This document shows positions 1-13,468 of a stretch of DNA of 64,000 nt, in pieces. The translations under genes and the position numbers were made by a program. Positions within the stretch are counted from its first letter, which is position 1, and the number at the start of each line of letters is the position of its first letter. The DNA is from Camelus dromedarius (taxonomy: Eukaryota). Under the pieces are notes generated by a model. It made no database searches, had not been told where the DNA came from, and saw nothing but the letters and a program-made list of their open reading frames with translations. The stretch covers positions 29,886,001 through 29,950,000 of the forward strand of contig NC_087437.1 in NCBI RefSeq assembly GCF_036321535.1, read 5' to 3'.

Positions 1-237
1 TCTTCATTGGTGGCCCTCACTGCGCCTAGCATGGCTCTGGGAACTCACTTCGTGGTCAATAAATATATACTGACTTGACTTACAAGTGAGTGAAGCACGG
101 TAGAGACAGACCTCTTTGTAGATGTTACATTCTTGGTAAAATAGCAGTAGAGCAGAATTCCTTGAATGAATTCCATTATTATAATTTTCTGTTTAAAACA
201 CAGATTTATTCACGCATTAAATATTTGACTGTCTTTT

Positions 238-663
238 CTCCAAAGAAGACATACAGACGGCCAATAGGTACATGAAAAGATGCTCAACATAGTTAATTAT
301 TAGAGAAATGCAAATCAGAACTACGATGAGGTATCACCTCATACCAGTCAGAATGGCCATCATTCAAAAGTCCACAAACAATAAATGCTGCAGAGGGTCT
401 GGAGAAAAGGGAACCCTCCTACACTGCTGGTGGGAATGTAAATTGATGTAGCCACTATGGAAGGCAGTATATGGAGGTTCCTTAAAGAACTAAAAATAGA
501 GTTGCCGTGTGATCCAGTAATCCCATTCCTAGGCATATATCCAGAGAAAACTCGAATTCAGAAAGATACCTATACCCCAGTGTTCATGGCAGCACTATTG
601 GCAATAGCCAAGCATGGAAGCAACCTGAGTGTCCATCAACAAATGAATGAATAAAGAAGATGT

Positions 664-697
<34 letters not shown>

Positions 698-1158
698 GGA
701 ACATTACTCATCCATAAAAAGAATGAAATTATACCATTTGCAGCAACATGGATGGACCTGGAGTTAGTCATACTAAGTGAAGTAAGCCAGAAAAACAAAG
801 ACAAATACCATATGGTATCACTTCTATGTGGAATCTAAAATATGATTCAAATGAACTTATTTACAAAACAGAAAGAGACTCACATACATAGAAACCAAAC
901 TATGGTTACCACAGGGGAAAGGGGGTGAGGAGAGATAAATTAGGATTTGAGGATTAACAGATACAAGCTACTGTATATAAAATAGATAAACAATAAGGTC
1001 ATACTATATATAGCACAGGGAACTATATTTAATATTCTATAATAAACCATGATGGAAAAGAATATGAAAAAGAATATATTTATGGATAACTGAATCGCTT
1101 TGTTATACACCTGTAACTAACACAACATTATAAATCAACTATACTTCAATTAAAAAAC
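238..1158 (+). mobile_element. 5'-truncated LINE-1 (ORF2 C-terminus + 3' UTR + A tail) with target-site duplication
   Basis: Degenerate ORF2 end ([49 protein letters not shown]); exact 15-bp TSD atttgactgtctttt at 223-237 and 1159-1173. Confidence 0.93.
665..695. repeat. (CA)n microsatellite inside L1 ORF2
   Basis: Perfect AC run. Confidence 0.95.
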
Positions 1159-4100
1159 ATTTGACTGTCTTTTATATTCCAGGTCCTGTGGCTAGGCCCC
1201 AAGCATACAGTGTTGAACAAATCAGGCACAGCCTGTCCTGTAGCCCTTGCTGAGAGAGACAAAGGAAGACAAAATCATAATACAATCAATTATGATCATA
1301 GTAGGTACACGAAAGGAAAAGCAGTGAGGTTTATTAAAGACATACATACAATAAAGGAGCCTAATCCAGTCCAGAAGGGTCAGAGAAGGCTTCCTGGAGG
1401 AGATGAAATTTAACCCAAGACTTGAAGGGTGAGTGGGGCAAAGGGGAGCGCAGTAGGGAACAGGGAAGGCTGAGATGAATGACTCCCAGAGGGTTTCACA
1501 GGGCACCTGTAAACCCGTATTTGCTCCTGCTATGTGGATCAGGACTGGAAAACATCACTGGTGGCCACCCTCCTGGTGGCTGCACCAAGGGAGGCTGTCG
1601 ACTCTTCTGCTGTCCTGCAGCTCTTGCCACAGCATGAATCCACGTCAGAGTCTTTACCGTGTTGATGTATGTAAGTTACTTGCTGAGATGGTTCAACAGT
1701 TGGTCTTCTTGGAAAGACATTTTTTTTTTCCATTCCAGCTGCTAGCCTTCTTGCTGGATGTCTAGACTGAAGGCTGGCTGGTAGTTAACAGATCAGTGGA
1801 CACCTGTGAGCAGAGACAGTAGGTGTGGTAGTTCAGTTGCTGGCTGTGAATTCAGAAAGGCTCCGGCTCTGGGTTCAAACTGAGTCTCAGCTGTTTCAAG
1901 TTTTGACTTAAGCTCTCTTAGCCTTGGTTTTCTTATCTATAGAATGGGTATAATAGCCATCTCATAAAGTAGGCTGAAGATTAAATTAAATGAAAGCAGT
2001 ACATGGGAAGCACTGCGCTTGGTGCAGTGAAGAGTGGTCATGATTATCAATCGTTTGCACCTGACATCCACCAAAGGATGTCATCCTGTGCTAGATGTGG
2101 GATATTTTTTGTCTGACTGGTGATGAAACCAGATTTGTTGTCTGTATTAAATAAGCTTTAATTCTTTCTATAGATAGGTGGATTTGTTGTACAATCTTCA
2201 AGAGCTCTCAGGAATGAACACTTATCTTTGACATGACCATTACCTTACCAGTTGAATTTTAAGAAGGCTGTTGGTAATGGTATGGGGACACCTGTACCTT
2301 AAACATTTGTAGGTCTTTTCTGCTTACTGTGGAAGGGAGAAAGTGACACTCATGAAAGTATATGTGCTGAGTAGACTAGAAGTGGCTGCCCCACTGTTGA
2401 CTTCGTTTTCCCCGCTAAATCCAGTGTTACATTTAAGACCATCACCTGATAAAGCAACCACAAACAGCCTAAAGAATATACCGTCCCTGCAGTTCTAGGA
2501 AATACTAGCGGAGAGGCTACAGGCCTCGAGCATCTCTTCAGACATGGCCGTGCAGTTCTCATGTTGAAGTCCCTTCTCCTGGGAGGCCTCCCTGGGGTTT
2601 CTTGGTGGTCTGACCATTCTCTGCACAGTCAAGAAGCTCACCTGGGCAGGCTGCAGTCACTGTCCACACTCGTTTGAAGTATGGGTGTGACTAGGTTGGG
2701 GGAGAAGAAGCAGGAAGCAAGTAGTTTAGTGTTGCTTTGGAGATGTCAAACAGACAGCTGAAAATGCACATCTGTGGGACCTCAGAGCCACCGGATGCTG
2801 GTGAGGGTTGAGTCAGCAGTCAAACGGGGCTAACCTGGGCTTCTGAGTTAGAGGCACTGCTTCCAGGAAGCTTTTCTGGTCCATCAGAGGTTTTTCAAAA
2901 TCTCAACGTTAGTAATGAGGTTAGAATTTTGGTAGGTTGTACAGAAAGTTTGTACATGATTGGTTGTAAAACATGATCATCCTGGTAATGCTACAAAGAG
3001 GAAGTAATGAAGGTGGTATGCCAGAAAAAATAATTCATAGGGCTGAAATAGATTTCCATGAAAAAATTGTCCTTCAGGGAAGCCAAATTACTTCACAGAC
3101 TCATTCAATTTCATCCAGGGAACCAGAATGCTTTTACTTTTGCTTCAGATTTCATTTGGATATCTGGCATTCTTGGTTTATTGAAATAATACCTCATTCT
3201 TTAGTAATACTTTCTTGGCTTGTTTGTTGCTCAGCTCACTTAGTAAAATATGTAAATTTACCAAAATAACCAGTAGATAATTTAACATAGAAAGCTTTGA
3301 ATTATGTCAATTATGCTGCTGTCAAAATAAAAGATGGGTGGTTTGGTTTATATTATATTATAGTAAGCAGCATAAACAGATATTTCATTAGTACTTTTGT
3401 TTTTAATCTGGTACTTTGGCAAACCTTCTATAGTGATAAATGAATTTTCCTTTTCACTGGGAGAAGCCAAGTTACTGTTGTGTTTGGTTTTATAGTTGCA
3501 TTCCTTCAGACTGTAACAGTTAGCTGAAGACAAGAAACTGGAAGAGATATTTGCCTCTAAGATATTTATTTCTGAGATTTACATGATAATAACTTAATGG
3601 TTTCTTATTTTTTCAGTTTTCTCTGAACATTTTTTAAATGACACTTGGAGCTAAAAGAAATTGCAAATATTTTGCATTTATATGAAAAACCAGCTAAAAA
3701 TGAACTAGTCCTGACCGTATACTACCTAGAATTCCTGTGGCTCTGAATTCTCACAGATGTGTACTTTCAGCTGTCCATTTGGCTTTGCCAAGGGAAAATT
3801 AAACTGCTTTCATCTTGCTACCCACCCCCCACCACCCAAAGTCCCTGTCTTCATGAATGGTTTAATGACCCACCTTGATGCCCAGGTAGAAGCTTTGACT
3901 AGAAACCCCAGTATCTTCCTTGACTTTCCCATCTAATAAGTTTCTCCATTCTACTGATTTTCCCTCTAAACTGTTACCCTAATGTGTCCTCTTTTTGATT
4001 TCCCACTGCCAGGCTTTATTGTCACTTGCCCAGGTGAGCCATCTCACTGGCCTGTTTGTGGTCTGTCTCTCCCACCTCTCTTCTGTCTCAATTGTCTTTT

Positions 4101-4644
4101 GTCTGATTAGATGATTTATTGGCTTCAACACCTCCAGCAGGTTCTTGTTGTCCACAGATTAAGCTCCTCAGCCTACAGTTGAAGCTTTGCAGTCTAGCTT
4201 TGATCCACTTGCTTTTCAGCCCTCATTCTCTGCCCCATTCCTCCTGTGGTCAACACCTCACCTCACTGAACCCTACTGTTTTCTGAACGAGATTCATGCT
4301 TGTGCCCACATTGTGTCTCTGCCTGCAGTGCCCTGCTTCCGTGCTCCCCAAATTGCCACCCTCATCACCAGTGACCCCTCTCCTCACCTCACACCATCAG
4401 TCACCTGCCCCTGGACTTTTCATTGTCTTCCTCTGTTATAGGTCTTGTATCACAGTTAATTGGCTCCATGCCTCCCATGGGCCACTCAACTCTTGAGTGT
4501 CAGGAAGGGAAGGATCATTTCTTACTCAACCATCATTTAATGAGATAATCTCTCCTTAGTGTGTAACTCAGCTTCTTCTGTATTGGTCTTAGTATTATAC
4601 TACCACTTCTTGAAATATACTAATAGTGGCAGAGTCAGCGAGGT

Positions 4645-5203
4645 TGAAATACCACCTCTGGATGCATATCCCGAAGATCTGAAAACTGACTCAGATACTT
4701 GTATGAGAATGTTAATGGCAGCATTAGTCACAACAGTCAAAAGGTGGAAACAACCCAAGTGTTCACCAACAGATGAATGGATAAACAAATTATAGTACGT
4801 ACCTACGATGGAATATTATTCATCCATAAAGAGGGAAAAGTTCTGATATATCCTTCAACATGGATGAACCTAGAAAGCATCATACTAAGTGAAATAAGCC
4901 AAACAAAAAGTACAGATATTGTGTAATTCCACTTACATGAAATACCTAGAATAAGCAAATTCATAGAGAGAGAAAATAGATTAGAGGTTGTCAGAGACTG
5001 AGAAGAGGAGGAAATGGAGAATTATTGCTTTATGGGGACAGCATTTCTGTTCAGGGTGATGAAAGTATTTTGGAAATAGTGATGATGGTTGCACAATATT
5101 GTGAATGTAATTAAAGCCATTGAAAATGGTGAAAATTGCAACTTTTATGTAGTGTATATTTTACCAGAATAAAAAAATATAGTTTATATAATTAAAAAAA
5201 AAA
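4645..5203 (+). mobile_element. Older L1 3' end (L1MA/L1MB-like)
   Basis: KRWKQPKCSPTDEWINKL-type ORF2 end, L1M 3' UTR, A-rich tail. Confidence 0.85.
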
Positions 5204-6229
5204 AGATACTGCCGCCAACACCCTTATGTACATGTGTTCCAACATGTAGTTATATACAATTATATCATTTATGTTTATCATTCTTACCACGAAATAGTGC
5301 AAACTTCTTGAAGTCAGGGACCAGTCTAGATAGAAAATATTCTTTATGAAACACTGTTTTTATTTGTATGGGGTTTGAAGTTGGAGGTTTCTGAAATTCT
5401 GAAACTTTTTTGGAGAGGGTTTGATATTTTATTTGAATGTTAATGAGTTCAGTCTCGACAAAGTGACAGTGAAGCTGCCGACGGAGTTCTGAAACTTAGA
5501 GGTGTGCTTTCTGGTCTAGGAGCTGCTGTGCGCATTAACCCTGATCCCGTTGGAAGGGAAGCCAAAAACCCCAGTGGAGTGCGCTTGACGTTTCTCCTCT
5601 TGCTGATTTAAACAAGGGGCTGGATGACCAGGTCATGTGGATGGGAATCATGCTGATTATTTTCCTTAAATCTTTTTTGAAGGAAATAAAAATGTAAATG
5701 CTTTCTCGGATATAAATAAGTTCATTCTTCTAGGGAGTTAAAATATATTTCTTTGTCTTTTAAGTGCCTATGGAAACTTTAAAAAATAAAATAGATAGTG
5801 ATGACAAGCTAATACAGTTTATACTAAAATGAGTTGAATGTCCACTTAAGTTTATAAAAACAAGACCTCTTAATGTCCTGATTGTTTTATTTCTGAGTGC
5901 CAGAATTTTCTTTGAAAATAACTGTTATAAATGTGAGCAAATGTTAGCCCATATTTTCTATTAATCATCCTGTCTGAATTTCTACTGCCTCATTCACTGT
6001 TAGCCTTGAATTGTGTGTGATGGACACTGGTGAGGAGAAGGGATGTGCTGAAAGCTGAAAAGCTTATGGAAAACTAACCTTCCCTTGTGCCATTCCAAAA
6101 GTCAGCACTAGAAAGTATTGTTGGTTTCATCTTCATCACACTTTTTTAGAAAATGTGTCAGTCCTTGCGTGATAGTTACTCCTGATAGATTTTCCTACCA
6201 CTCCAGACGTGGTCAGGAAGTGTATTCTA

Positions 6230-6395
6230 GGGCCGTTCTCAAAGTTCGGTGTACATTCAGATTGCCAGGTGATCAGGATAGAATGCAGGTTCAGACTGCG
6301 GGAGGTGGGTGGTGAGATTTGGCATTAGTTCTAATAAGCTTTTAGAGGGTACCAATGCTACTGGTCTGTGGACCGACCACTTTTTAAGCAGGAAC
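6230..6395. mobile_element. MER5-like hAT-Charlie MITE
   Basis: gttctcaaagtt ... ggtctgtggacc..cacttt ends typical of MER5. Confidence 0.6.
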
Positions 6396-6443
6396 ACTGT
6401 TTCAGATATCTGCTTCTGATGTTCTGTTAAAATTGATGCAATC

Positions 6444-6550
6444 TAGGGTTGCCAGATAAAATACAAGACGCCCAAGATGTCCTGTGCAATATTTGGGACA
6501 TAATTGTATTAATTATTCATTGTTTATTTAATTTTTACTGAACTGGACAC
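6444..6550. mobile_element. MER53-like palindromic hAT MITE (internally deleted)
   Basis: agggttgccagataaaataca.gacgccca start and central tgtcc..tgcaatatttgggaca palindrome. Confidence 0.6.
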
Positions 6551-7110
6551 GGTATTCACGTGTGTGTGTATGCACATGTACGTGCGCACAACATACACAC
6601 AAGCACACCCTGACAACCATAAAACACAATCTAAATAATTTATGAAGATGTTTAAATGCCATGCATTGTATTAGATTTAAAATAATATGATTTTTTTTTT
6701 TTTGAGAGACTGGACACATAGAATTAGGTTTATTTCAGACTTGTTTTTTAGGTACTTACGTAGGCACTCATGCTTTTCAATACAATAAAATACATAAGCA
6801 TGAATCCTGCCCTCCCTAGTATTTAGGGAATTCTTGAGAAATAGTGAAATCTGTACATTCTAAAATATACCTGAAAGCACAGAAATGCCCTGGATTATCA
6901 ATGTTTTAAGCCAACCATATGAAGTAATAAGGTGTTAATATGATAGATTTAAATTTAGACTCTTTGTAGTTTTTTTCTTGTTATCTTTCTGAGTCGGTAC
7001 TATGTACTGTTGATATTTTCAAGCCCTGTTTAATATCATTACATGAGGATAATCTGTTGTCTATTAGAGCATACAGAAGAAAGTGTAAATGCGTTTCTTT
7101 GTATTTTCAG

Positions 7111-7263
7111 ATTCTTCACAGAGTTGGAAGCAAGACATCAGAATAATATCTTCATAGATGACATAAGTGACATTGTGGAAAAACACACAGCATCCACATT
7201 TGACCCGTACGTGAAATACTGCACAAATGAAGTCTACCAACAGCGGACATTACAAAAATTGTT
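7111..7263 (+). CDS. ARHGEF26: ARHGEF26/SGEF coding exon (first in window), DH domain
   Basis: ttttcag acceptor, gtaagc donor; 153 nt, phase 2-2; translates FFTELEARHQNNIFIDDISDIVEKHTASTFDPYVKYCTNEVYQQRTLQKL, recognised as SGEF DH domain. Confidence 0.96.
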
Positions 7264-7559
7264 GTAAGCAACATTGAATATTAGTTTTAATTATCTAACT
7301 TTGTTTTAGCTAGATCACATTGATTGAAATTAATCAATTTCTTAAATTATATTAGAAATGCCTCCTGATGGTCTATTTCTCAGGGAGAAAGGATTGCTTT
7401 CAGGGTAAGGGTGTTTGAGTAGAAAAATCTAGTTTGTAGATAATTTTGTCTCTAAAGCAATTATGAAATCATAGTTTATTGTTGTTTTTGTTTTTTTTTA
7501 AATTACTGCAAGACACCGGGGAATGATCATCATTTCAAACTTAATCCTTATAATTATTG

Positions 7560-7780
7560 TTATTATTTTTTTATTGAAGTACAGTCAGTTTACAATGTTG
7601 TGTCAATTTCTGGTGTACAGCATAAAGTTTCAGTCATACCTGTACATACATATATTCCTTTTCATATTCTTTTTCATCACGGGTTACTACAAGATATTGA
7701 ATATAGTTCCCTGTGCTTTACAGAATAAGCTTGTTGTTTATCTATTTTATATACAGTAGTTAATATCTGCAAATCTCGGA
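7560..7780 (-). mobile_element. L1 3' end (younger artiodactyl/camelid type)
   Basis: ttttttattgaagtacagtcagtttacaatgttgtgtc...; closely similar to the copy at 24.95 kb. Confidence 0.88.
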
Positions 7781-8539
7781 CTTTGAGAAGGTTGTTTTCT
7801 AAGCAGTTAGCTGGCCATCAAGTAGTCTGCCTGAGGCCAAGAGAGTTGAGTAGGCTGAGCTAGTGCCTGGGGTCCAGAGTTTCCTCTCGTGTTCTGATCT
7901 TGTCCACTCCAGCGACAACTCTGTGCGGTTGTTTATAGGAATTGCTGATTTCCCTGAGGGGTCATGAAGGGTGAGGTGAGCAGGGAAATTCTAGAGGAAG
8001 GCAGTTTGTTTTTTTTAATTCTTCAAGGCTTTAATTACAAAACAAAACAGAATTAAGCTTTAAATTTCCCTCCACACCTTTTCCTGTTGTTGTCTTTAGG
8101 TTACTGAGAGTTTTGGTGTGATATATATACCATCTCTGTCCTTAAAAGAGTCAACAGTGGTTCAGTAATATCTATATTGTTTTATTTTCGGGGCCCTTGT
8201 TGATCACAAGGAGCTATTTGTTCTGCAGTACAGTTGTGCATTTGCTGTAAACTCAGTCTGGGGGCTCACTGGCTGTTAACATTCTCGTCCCCCCCTCACC
8301 CCACCATGAGGGACCATAGCATGCACCCCAGGTCAGCTTCAATGCACACGTGAGACCCCATGGAGGGGTCGGGGCTGACGATCGTTACTTCAGGACTGCT
8401 GGGAGAAACAGCCCCCTAGTTGGAGAGAAGGGCTGATTATGCCCCTTCCCTCTCCACACCCTCATCAAAATCTAGTATAAGCAGGGTGGAAAACCCACAG
8501 CTGCCCAGCCCAGATGAGATGATTCGTATGAAGCCGTAT

Positions 8540-8765
8540 CGATTTGGGGCTGGACAAGTCTTTATTACGGGGGCTGCCCTGTGCGTTGTAGCGTGTTTGA
8601 CAGCATCCCTGGCCTCTGCCCACTAGATGCTGGTGGCACCACCTCATCCCAGTTATGGTGACCAAAAATGTCTCCAGACATTGTCCGATACCCCTTGCGT
8701 GGGAGAGAGGTGGAGAATCAGACCCGTCACTTTCTCTAACTCCCTGCCCAGGATGGGAACACCTG
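8540..8765 (-). mobile_element. MER20 hAT-Charlie element
   Basis: gcatccctggcctctgcccactagatgc...ccaaaaatgtctccagacattg matches the MER20 reverse complement. Confidence 0.8.
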
Positions 8766-9383
8766 ATGTACAGGTTATTACTCTGTAACTGTTAGAAAAT
8801 CCAAGTTACATATATGCCTTGAAGAAAGAAAAGCCTTCAATTAGAGCTAAATTTCATTTTGTTTTGCAGGATTGAAAAAAAATGTGAATAGGTACTGCTG
8901 CACATTTTGTGACTCTTAAGAAATAAAGGCTTTATTTCGGTTGGCTCAATGATACCATCATTTGAGCTTTCACATGGAAATTAGCAGTTGTGTTTTCATG
9001 AGCTTTGTTGCAGTTGATGTGAGTTTAAGTTTAAGGCGGTGAATTTCAGCTACACTTTGGAAACTCTAGGGAATCGAAACAAACAAACAATGCCCAGGAT
9101 CTGTCCCAGACTATTTCATCAGAATCTTTGCGGGTGAGGGGTTGAGGGGAGGAGGGTACCTGGGACCTAAGTGATTTAAATATGCAGCTGGGTTGGAATT
9201 TGATTTTTTTCACCCCAACTTCCTAAGCATCTTTTCAAAGCCAGCAGGAAAGGAAACTTTAAAACTCCTCAATTTGAGAAAGTGAAATTGAAAACATTTT
9301 TATGTGCTTTCTTTTAATTTGCTATTCTGGGTATTTCCTAATTTATTTCTAGCAGCCTTGAAGGAAACCATCTAAGTTTCAAA

Positions 9384-9407
9384 GTTTGTTTGTTTGTTTG
9401 TTTGTTT
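9384..9407. repeat. (GTTT)n microsatellite
   Basis: Six GTTT units. Confidence 0.9.
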
Positions 9408-10339
9408 TTTTAAAGTTACAGTTGCCACTATACCCTGCTTCTTGGCCCTCCCCTGCCCCCCATCGTGGGATTACAGAGCCCAGGGCCATCCCCTCCCCAC
9501 CTTCTCCTTGCAGGTCGCACGGGGACTCTACCTCCACCTTGCCCTTGGGGTGAAGTGAGGTGAGAGATGCAGTCTCAGGTCTCCTGCTGAAAGTCGGAAG
9601 ACCTTAGTTTGACTTCTGTCTTTACCGAATACTAGGCCTGTTATTTGGCAAGTTGGGGACTTTTCTGAGGCTCCATTCTTACTGGAATCCCCTCAGCCTT
9701 CCTTAAAAGTTACATGGGTGGTTCCACATGAGATCCTTTGTGCCGGTGTATCTTACAATTCCATACAAATATTGTGGCAGTATTATCACTGTTCTAATGT
9801 CACTGGGAGAGGAGGAATGTTCTGACCAACATGGTCAAAAGGTTTTCTGTCTTAGAAGCTTTGAAAGAGTCCAAAAGCCTCCTAGTAAGTAAATTCATTT
9901 TGACATTTCTTTCTTAGATTATTATCTAGAGCTGGAGAAGTGGCTTAAAACATATTTGCTGTCTTTTTTAATGAAATGTTTGTAGATGATCAGATATGAG
10001 ATCTAGTCTGTATAATAATTTATAATATACACATTCACCGTTAAGATACCATTACTTCTTCATTTGTTTACTTTCTACTTCTAAAAATTTCTAGCTCACA
10101 CATTTCCATCTTACTGTTCAGATTGGTACCCTAAACTCGTCTTATATTCAGTCTTGACTATAAAAGGTGGACAAGCCGTCCTTGTCTACCTACGTCATCG
10201 TGTGTTCACATTGTTTATATATTTAAAAATCATTGATAACACATGAATTTATCACAATATTTTATAATACATTTTTATTTGCTTTTTAACTTGAAGAGGA
10301 AGTGTTTTGAAGTTTTTTTCTTTCTTTCTTTTTCCTCAG

Positions 10340-10469
10340 AGCCACCAACCCATCTTTTAAGGAAGTTTTGTCCCGAATCGAGTCCCATGAAGACTGTAGG
10401 AACTTACCCATGATCTCTTTTCTCATTCTCCCCATGCAGAGGGTGACCCGCCTTCCCCTGCTGATGGAC
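10340..10469 (+). CDS. ARHGEF26: ARHGEF26 coding exon, DH domain
   Basis: Long pyrimidine tract + cag, donor gtaaga; 130 nt; [43 protein letters not shown] contains the DH LxxFLIxPMQRxTRxPLL motif; frame continuous with the previous exon. Confidence 0.97.
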
Positions 10470-11210
10470 GTAAGATGTGATCTGGTGTCTCTTTTCTCTG
10501 GGGATAGCTGTGCTGCCAGAAATCTGATTAAGAAAATTATTCTTATTCCACTTAAATTATATCTCTTCCATAAAATTCCCCCAATTAAGTGAGAAGGTGC
10601 TGTTCGGTTAGAAAACCCTACTTGTGTCTCACTGGTATGTTTGGAAATTGTCTTCAATTTAGGCTTTTGTGGTCGCTCTAAAGAAGTTAGATTACTTCTG
10701 CCACTTACTCAACATTTTTTGAAATGGGAACAATATTGACTTGTAGAAGTCAAGAGTCCTGGATTCCTTTTCTGCCTGAGCCACTATGCGTGTGACCTTG
10801 GGCAAGAACTTAGCCTCTTTGGGCCTCAGTTTCCTCTGGTTGATCACTAAAATCCTTTTCCTGTAATGTCCCAAGATGCTGAGGTGCTTCCTCTTCACAC
10901 GGGAAGGAGACCCTCTTCAGCATCACCAGGCATCCACTTGCCTTATTTTGCGTTGCTCAAAATGAGTGAGGAAGTCTGGCATCCTTCTTATGTTACAGAA
11001 CGTTCATGAAGAAAACGAGTATTTGATTTAGAATAGAGACGTGGCTGGGAGAAGACGAGAGACTGCCTGGTGGGAGACACAGTTGAGAGGACAGCCAGGC
11101 GGGGGGTCAGGAGAGCTGCACACTGCCTGGGCTGGACCTGCACTGGCCGCCATGAGGGATGGGGCGGCTGACATAACCCCTGCCATCCAGCTAGTGGGCC
11201 AAAGAGTGAC

Positions 11211-11870
11211 TTTTTTTTCAATTGAAGTATTGTTGATTTACAATGTTGTGTTAGTTTCAGGTGTACAGCAAAGTGATTCAGTTATATATATGTGTGTGTG
11301 TATATTTTCAGATTCTTTTCCATTATAGTTTATTACAAGATATTGGATATTGTTCCCTGTGTTATACAGTAAACCTTGTTGCTTATCTGTTTTATGTATA
11401 GTAGTTTGTATCTATTAATCCCAAACTCCTAACTTATCCCTCCCTCGCCTCCCTTTCCCCTTTGGTAACCATAAGTTTGTTTTCTATGTCTGTCAGTCTG
11501 TTTCTATTTTGTACATAGATTCATTTGTATTAATTTTTTCAGATTCCACATTTAAGTGATATCATATAGTATTTGTCTTTCTCTGTCTGGCTTACCTCAC
11601 TTAGTATAATAATCTCTAGGTCCATCCATGTTGCTGCAAATGGCAGTGTTTCATTCGTTTTTATGTCTGAGTAATGTTTCATTGTATATCTATATCACAT
11701 CTTCTTAAAGTAGTCATCTGTTGATGGGTATTTGGGTTGTTTCCATATCTTGGCTATTCTAAATAGTGCTTCTCTGAACATTAGGGTGCATATGTCTTTT
11801 CAAATTAGAGTTTTTGTCTTTTCTGGATACATGCTCAGAAATGGAAATGTTGGGTCATATGGTAGCTCAG
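11211..11870 (-). mobile_element. 5'-truncated L1 3' end with TSD
   Basis: T tail then L1 3' UTR/ORF2 end in reverse; TSD agagtgacttttt (11203) / agagtgtcttttt (11871). Confidence 0.9.
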
Positions 11871-12727
11871 AGAGTGTCTTTTTGGTCAAGTGAAAATATT
11901 TTGGCATAGTTCTACTTTAAAATTGGATCATAATGTTAATATAATGTCATTTTAAACATACTTGATTTTTACAAATCAAAACATAGGATAAAAAATACAG
12001 CAAAAAATTATGATTGAGTAAGTTTACAAAATGAATTTTTTTCCATCTTCCATTATAAATTCGAAGAGATACTCTAAAGAAACAGTGAAATTTTGAAATG
12101 AGTAAAATCGTGTGATCATGGTCACTTGGTTGGCTCTGCTGTAGGGTTTGGGGGAGTTTTGGTGATCATTTCAGAATTCACAGCACCTGCTGCTCCAGGT
12201 TCACCTCAGTCTACTACCTTTACACCCTTCCTTGTCCCTCACCTGTAATTTAGGAACTTCTCTCCTAGTACTGGGAAACTTGCCATTTTGAAAATCTAGC
12301 CCTGATTTATTTTTTTAATCGATATTTTATCATGTCTAAGAATAGAATGCAGCCAGGTTATAAAAGCAAAGTTTTGGCTGTAAAGTTTATTTCGTGTAAC
12401 TTCAAAGACATTTGTACAAATAGTGAAGCTTCCATCCACATAGGGAAATACTAATTCAAACTTTAACTATTTTTTTTACAAGAAATGGTTGCTTTCTAAA
12501 TGTAGCATTTCTTGTAAAGTTCTGAATTTTCACGGTTCTTTCTTTTTCTTCTTCTGAGAACATGTTTTCACTGTGTTTCCTTTGAATCTGTATGTGCTAT
12601 GATCACTCAGCCTTTTATATAGTCTCTCCCTTTTTAGTTTTGAGGAAATCGCTTAGCTAGATCAGGACTCGCAAAATCTCACGTATGTGTCTGTGTACCA
12701 TGTTGGAGGTTTATGCTGTGATGACCT

Positions 12728-13120
12728 AGGGGGCTGTCAACTTTTTGGGGTCAGAGACCTTTCTGAGCTTGTGAGTCAAGCTGCAGCCATTCTCCCTAGA
12801 AAATTCATTATGTGCAAAATTTTACATAAAAATTAAAATGTGCAAAGACACTGTGGACTCAGGATGCCTGCCCTCAGACAAGAGTGAGTATTTTCCCAAA
12901 CTCCTTTCATACCCATGAAATTGATTTTTGAATCGTGAGCTGTGTTTTAAAAAAGTGAAATAGTGTAGAATGAGTGGTATATGATATGTACACAGTTCGT
13001 AATGTGGTTAAATAGTATTTCATTAAAAACTTGTTTCGTTTTTGTGTGCATGTGTACTGGTTGCAGTGTAAATGTATTTCTTACAGTGGGTCATGGTCAA
13101 AAAATTTTGAGAACCATCAG
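12728..13120. mobile_element. Two adjacent hAT-Charlie MITEs (MER103-like 12728-12875; MER113-like 12885-13120)
   Basis: aggggg..tcaactttttggggtca.agacc start; gtatttcttacagtgggtcatggtcaaaaaattttgagaacca end. Confidence 0.55.
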
Positions 13121-13468
13121 TATAAACTCACTGATGGTACACTCTGTGAGTCTCCTGTCACACGTAACAATCCTGACACCTGACTTTTGGATCGATAGGC
13201 TGGTGCTCGTCTGCATTTACGGTACCAGTGGTTTGCTAGTTCCCAGCCCCTTCTACCTCTGCTTGATGCCTGCTGCCCTAGTCTGTTTCCCATGTGTGCG
13301 AATCTGGCCACTCAGGCAGAATCTAAATGTACTTAAAACATGGTCTCCTTCAGTTTTACTTCATTTGGAGATTTAGTGAAATTTGTCTATGGAGGTGAAC
13401 ATTGTTAACAATTGAAATGGTTCTCTTGGCTTTGAGTGGGTGTAGTTTCAAAAGTTATACGTAATTGG

